Assembly (NCBI GenBank): GCA_051745145.1
Contig: JBNJDT010000043.1
Span: forward strand, 1-12,248
From: Elusimicrobiota bacterium
GTDB lineage: Bacteria > CG03 > SLGR01 > JAGXOG01
Direction of reading: 5' to 3'
Length of the DNA: 12,248 bases
Shown here one piece after another: positions 8,389 to 12,248 of the stretch; the first letter of the stretch is position 1; each line of letters opens with the position of its first letter. The notes below the pieces were generated by a model. It was not told the DNA's origin. It saw nothing but the letters and a program-made list of their open reading frames with translations, and did no database searches. The position numbers and the translations under genes are program-made.

Positions 8389-9420
8389 TCAATATGTTTC
8401 TTTTTGATTTTTCTTTTTATACATCATCCGGTCCGCCTCATTTATAAGTTTTTTAATTTCCGGTGAATCTTCATAGGAATCATAAATCACATAACCCGCG
8501 GAAATCCGGGGTACTATACTTAAATTCTTCCGGGGTACTTTTACGGTAATTGAAGATATTTCCTCCTTTATTCTTTTTATTACTTCCTTTACGTCTTTTT
8601 CAGATTGGTCATAGAGTATAAGAACAAATTCATCGCCTCCGTACCTGGCCGCTATATCCGAGCTTCTGATACTCTTTGTCAGACACCTTCCTATTTTCTT
8701 TAAGATCTTATCTCCAAAGAAATGGCCGTAAGAATCATTGATCTTTTTAAATTTATCAACATCCATTATAATTATTCCCGCCGGGTTTTTTTGACGCCTT
8801 GAAATTTCAAGTAAAAATTTTCCGTTTTCAAAGAGATAATTCCGGCTTTTAACTCCCGTCAATTTATCAGTCTTTATTTCCCGGACAACTCTTTCCTGAT
8901 TTTTTCTTATCTTTTGAAAAGAATCCACCAGGTTGTATTCTACCGAATCTTCATCGAAAAAATTATAGGCCCGGTCCACTATTCTCTGTAGATGAAGTTC
9001 GTAATTTTCTCTGGGATTAAAAACCGCTTCTTTTAAAATAATATCGTGGGTATGGATAATCTCCTGCAGGGGAGATACTAAAACTTTAAGCTCGGCACTT
9101 ACAGTTTTTTTAAAGGCCCCCATGTAAGTAACAGCTCCCTCCTTAAACTCTTCCGAATATCGGGATATGTCATTTTTTAGATATTTCAGGGCCTGTGAAA
9201 AATCTTTAAAATTGTTTTCACCGGCATATAAACTGAAATCTTTTTCTATTAAATATTTAAAATACTGTATATGGCTGGTCTCGTCCTCGGCAAGTTCATC
9301 CCACATATTTTTCAGATCACCGGGAACTTTATCGTCTTTACTTAAAGTTAAATAAAATTGGAGTAATTCCCGGTCAACATTTAAATATCCATCTATTAGA
9401 TTTTTGGTGTTTCTTTTCAT
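8389..9420 (-). CDS. Diguanylate cyclase (GGDEF) with an N-terminal ferritin/rubrerythrin-like helical domain
   Basis: DKLTG, DVDKFKKINDSYGH, RSSD I-site, RYGGDEF; N-terminal D-x6-Y and ELAEDETSH; ATG abuts the msrAB TAA. The GGDEF call is firm; the N-domain call is by eye. Confidence 0.88.
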   Translation of the reverse strand: MKRNTKNLIDGYLNVDRELLQFYLTLSKDDKVPGDLKNMWDELAEDETSHIQYFKYLIEKDFSLYAGENNFKDFSQALKYLKNDISRYSEEFKEGAVTYMGAFKKTVSAELKVLVSPLQEIIHTHDIILKEAVFNPRENYELHLQRIVDRAYNFFDEDSVEYNLVDSFQKIRKNQERVVREIKTDKLTGVKSRNYLFENGKFLLEISRRQKNPAGIIIMDVDKFKKINDSYGHFFGDKILKKIGRCLTKSIRSSDIAARYGGDEFVLILYDQSEKDVKEVIKRIKEEISSITVKVPRKNLSIVPRISAGYVIYDSYEDSPEIKKLINEADRMMYKKKNQKETY

Positions 9421-10488
9421 TTATTCCTCAAACAACTCCGTATACTCCCCGTATCCTTCCTCTTCCAGATCTTCTTTGGGGATAAACCGCAGGGCAGCCG
9501 AATTTAGACAGTAACGTTTCCCCGTAGGAGGAGGTCCGTCATCAAAAACATGGCCCAGGTGGGATCCGGCTCCGGCGCTTTTAACTTCTATTCTTTTTCT
9601 AAATAGTTTATTATCTTCTTTTTTAGTTATGTTTTCCCTATTGATAGGTTTGGTGAAACTGGGCCACCCGGTTCCCGATTCAAATTTATCCCGGGAACTA
9701 AAAAGAGGTTCTCCGGAAACTACATCGACATAAATACCCTCTCTTTTATTATCCCAGTATTTATTATTAAACGCCTCTTCGGTTCCGCCTTTTTGAGTTA
9801 CCATGTACTGAAGGGGAGTCAATTTTTTCTTTAATTCTTCATCTCCGGGTATGGAGTTTTTTTCTTGGGGCCACTTATCCCGGAGGTAATCTTCTCTACC
9901 CGACCCCTTTTTGTAGGATCTGTAAGCATCGGGGCTTTTCTCGTAATAATTCTGGTGATAATCCTCGGCCTCGTAAAATTCTCCCGCAGGGATGATCCGG
10001 GTGACAACAGGCTCTTTAAAACGGTCCGACTTTTGGAGCTTCTCTTTTGACTTTTGAGCTGTTCTTTTTTGCTCTGCCGTATGATAAAAAATAGCCGTCT
10101 TATACTGGTCCCCCCGGTCGGCAAACTGGCCCCCGGCGTCGGTGGGATCGATCTGTCGCCAGAATATCTCCAGCAGTTCTTTATAATCCGTCTTTGAAGG
10201 ATCAAATACAATCTGCACGGCCTCCCTGTGATCCGTGGCCCCGGAAGCTACTTCTTTGTAGGTTGGATCCGGTTTTTCGCCGCCGGTATAACCGGCTACT
10301 ACACTTTTAACTCCCTCAAGTCTTTCAAAAGGGGGCTCCATGCACCAGAAACATCCTCCGGCAAATGTTGCTTTTTCTAAACTATTGTCTTTAGCACCTG
10401 TATTATTTAACATAATAAATCCTCCCAGTATTATTATAAGCACTACCCCGGCAATCTTCATCTTTATATTTTTAAAATTATAATTCAT
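9421..10488 (-). CDS. msrAB: Fused peptide-methionine sulfoxide reductase MsrA/MsrB with an N-terminal hydrophobic leader (alternative start at 10413)
   Basis: Msr[20 protein letters not shown]; Msr[22 protein letters not shown]. Confidence 0.95.
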   Translation of the reverse strand: MNYNFKNIKMKIAGVVLIIILGGFIMLNNTGAKDNSLEKATFAGGCFWCMEPPFERLEGVKSVVAGYTGGEKPDPTYKEVASGATDHREAVQIVFDPSKTDYKELLEIFWRQIDPTDAGGQFADRGDQYKTAIFYHTAEQKRTAQKSKEKLQKSDRFKEPVVTRIIPAGEFYEAEDYHQNYYEKSPDAYRSYKKGSGREDYLRDKWPQEKNSIPGDEELKKKLTPLQYMVTQKGGTEEAFNNKYWDNKREGIYVDVVSGEPLFSSRDKFESGTGWPSFTKPINRENITKKEDNKLFRKRIEVKSAGAGSHLGHVFDDGPPPTGKRYCLNSAALRFIPKEDLEEEGYGEYTELFEE

Positions 10489-10630
10489 AAAATAATTTAT
10501 CCCTAATAATTACTCCTCTTCTAATACCGCTTTTCTCGTCTCCTGTCTTACTAACCCAAAAACATATTATTAACCGGCCGGAGAACATAAAGTTTAAATT
10601 TTCTCCACTCTACCCGTCTCCCGCTCTTTT

Positions 10631-10681
10631 TCATATCTTCATCTTTTCCAAACCTATGATACCTAACTGTACTTTACTCAT
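10631..10681 (-). pseudogene. Remnant N-terminus of a 6-phosphogluconate/beta-hydroxyacid dehydrogenase-like gene
   Basis: SD GAGGT then MSKVQLGIIGLEKMKI*, resembling the 'QIGxIGLGKMG' Rossmann beta-1 start with G->E. Confidence 0.4.
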
Positions 10682-10726
10682 ATTTTACCTCTGTATTTTT
10701 TACCCTGTATCATTTTCTGTTTCTAT

Positions 10727-11188
10727 CTACTTTTCCTGAAAATATAATTCTTCAAATTTTTCAACTGTTTTTCTCAGTTGTTCTACATTATCCGTATCCA
10801 GCGACTGTTTGGTTTTCATAGAATACACTATTATTTTATGGAGCAACTCCAGTTTCTCGGAATACATTTTCGGAGACTCTTTTTTTTCGGCTATTTTAAT
10901 CCGCTGGGCCAGAAAATATTTATTGACCGTTTCAATAATTTTAGTTGCATGTTCTTCCTTATTGGTTACCCATCTTACTATCTGATTATAATTCTTATCT
11001 TCTTCCCCCTGCAGTTCTTTTACCGAATTTATAGCTTTTTCTACAGTATCGATATTTTCATACATCATCTCTATTCTCATATGATCGTCATAAATACCGC
11101 AGGGGACCTGACAGTGACTCCACAACAGCCCCGTTCCCCCTATAACCAGACTTAAAGTTAACGCTAAAATTTTTTTCCCGGTACCCAT
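10727..11188 (-). CDS. sodN: Nickel superoxide dismutase precursor with signal-peptide-like leader
   Basis: Ni-hook HCQVPCGIYD beginning at residue 25 (His codon 11114-11116); RWVTNKEEHA, YFLAQRIK; SD AAGGAGG at about 11197-11203. Confidence 0.93.
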   Translation of the reverse strand: MGTGKKILALTLSLVIGGTGLLWSHCQVPCGIYDDHMRIEMMYENIDTVEKAINSVKELQGEEDKNYNQIVRWVTNKEEHATKIIETVNKYFLAQRIKIAEKKESPKMYSEKLELLHKIIVYSMKTKQSLDTDNVEQLRKTVEKFEELYFQEK

Positions 11189-11223
11189 TTTAATTTCCTC
11201 CTTTTAAATTCACAAAATCAGCA

Positions 11224-11680
11224 TTACTCTAAAAATTTAATAATCTTTTTCATCCCCGGCTGCCGGGAACACAAAAACTGTCCGGTTAAATTTACATCCA
11301 GTACTTTCTGCCATTTTTCCAAAGACTTCTCATCAAACGGCTCATCTTTCTGTATCCCGGCGTTATTTACCAGTATATCCACCGTACCCAATCTATTGAT
11401 CGTTTCGGAAAACATCTTTTTAACCTCTCCTTCTTTAGAGACATCGGCTTTTAAGGGTAAAACTCTACTTCCGGTTTCTTCTTCTATTTTACCTGCTATT
11501 TTATCAACCGGATAGTCCTCGTTTATATAGTTCAATGCCACATCGGCTCCCCCTGGGCTAAAGCTATGTCTACGGCCTTCCCTATTCCCGAAGAATCTCC
11601 GGTCACCAGAGCAACCTGATCTTTTAAAAGCTGGGAATCTTACGCCCGGGCATAGTTACTTTAGGTAACTTTTTATTCAT
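11224..11680 (-). pseudogene. Glucose 1-dehydrogenase-like SDR pseudogene: two frameshifts plus 3' truncation
   Basis: ATG at 11680 overlaps the DUF427 TGA. MNKKLPKVTMPGRKIP shifts at about 11634 to QLLKDQVALVTGDSSGIGKAVDIALAQ, then at about 11551 to GADVALNY...ADVS...LVNNAGIQ...NLTGQFLC. It ends before the catalytic S/YxxxK. Confidence 0.85.
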
Positions 11681-11961
11681 TCTTTTACCTCAACGCCTCT
11701 CCAGAAAGCCTTATAATCTTTTATCTTTTTTGCCTCGGGTTTGGGGTCGGGGTACCCCCACGCGGCGGCAGAGTTTCTATTGCCTTCTACAACGACATCG
11801 TAATACTGGGTCTCCCCCTTCCACGGACAGGTATATTCCTCCTCGTTATTAACTTCCAGATATTCCATATTTACATCTTGGGGAGGGAAATACTGATTTC
11901 CCTCAACCTCGATAGTATCGTCACTCTGGGCTATAAGGGTATCTTTCCATACTGCTTTCAT
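11677..11961 (-). CDS. DUF427-domain protein
   Basis: VEGNQYFP, TCPWKG, AAWGYPDPK, AFW signatures; SD AAGGAG. Confidence 0.9.
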   Translation of the reverse strand: MKAVWKDTLIAQSDDTIEVEGNQYFPPQDVNMEYLEVNNEEEYTCPWKGETQYYDVVVEGNRNSAAAWGYPDPKPEAKKIKDYKAFWRGVEVKE

Positions 11962-12055
11962 AACAACACTCCTTTAAAAGTTACAATACAGACAATTTTT
12001 CCGTCTTTGCATTTTTTTGAAAACTTACTTAAACACTACTGCCAACTTTTACCTG

Positions 12056-12248
12056 CTAAAACATATAACCAATATCGTATCCAAAGGTGGGAAAAGCATA
12101 GGTAGTATTTAATAGTTCAGAAACAGTCATATCCCGGGATATAGCCAGAGAAAACATATTTATTACTTCATCCGAGTTATAACCTAAAAGATGGGCCCCT
12201 AAAATTTTACCGGTATCTTCTTCCACTAAAATCTTATACGCCAGACTT
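12056..12248 (-). CDS. C-terminal dimerisation domain of a pyridine nucleotide-disulfide oxidoreductase (glutathione reductase/dihydrolipoamide dehydrogenase family), 5'-partial
   Basis: Manual translation from 12247: SLAYKILVEEDTGKILGAHLLGYNSDEVINMFSLAISRDMTVSELLNTTYAFPTFGYDIGYMF*; stop at 12056-12058. Confidence 0.88.
   Translation of the reverse strand, partial: SLAYKILVEEDTGKILGAHLLGYNSDEVINMFSLAISRDMTVSELLNTTYAFPTFGYDIGYMF

Noticed and set aside
4675..10488. Selenocysteine recoding in the redox enzymes (Msr, SOR)
   Set aside because: Catalytic positions are ordinary Cys codons in uninterrupted frames; no in-frame TGA at a Cys position
11224..11541. ORF-track 105-aa SDR as an intact gene
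   Set aside because: Its NAD(P)-binding motif lies upstream in another frame and the catalytic YxxxK is absent; it is a pseudogene fragment
5554..11997. Shared 10-mer aattgtctgt in two spacers (5554-5563, and inverted at 11988-11997)
   Set aside because: Only two copies, in opposite orientation relative to their genes; too weak to call a regulon motif
9167..12105. ORFs 9167-9355(+), 9831-10211(-), 9865-10050(+), 10778-11155(+) and 11878-12105(+)
   Set aside because: Alternative-frame or antisense overlaps of real genes, with no recognisable motifs
1..12248. CRISPR array, tRNA/rRNA, transposase/integrase or phage-defence genes
   Set aside because: No regularly spaced repeats or such motifs seen; spacers are short and the coding space is accounted for

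Overview
AT-rich bacterial window in which every credible gene lies on the minus strand. In transcription order (right to left) it holds: the C-terminus of a glutathione-reductase-like flavoprotein disulfide reductase (missed by the ORF track), a DUF427 protein, a doubly frameshifted and truncated glucose-1-dehydrogenase-like SDR pseudogene, and a nickel superoxide dismutase (sodN) with a Sec-like leader. These are followed by a tiny Rossmann-fold (gnd-like) remnant, a fused MsrAB, and a diguanylate cyclase with a ferritin/rubrerythrin-like N-terminal domain. Next come a REC-AraC regulator, a MASE3-PAS(4 Cys) histidine kinase, a single-domain receiver, a rubredoxin-superoxide reductase fusion, an atypical 2-oxoacid:acceptor oxidoreductase alpha/beta pair and a P1B-3 (CopB-type) ATPase. 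The window reads as an oxygen/redox-defence island, probably from an anaerobe. It pairs apparently exported defences (NiSOD, MsrAB) with cytoplasmic reductive ones (SOR, OFOR) around candidate metal/redox sensors. Family calls come from motifs read by eye; no database search was run.
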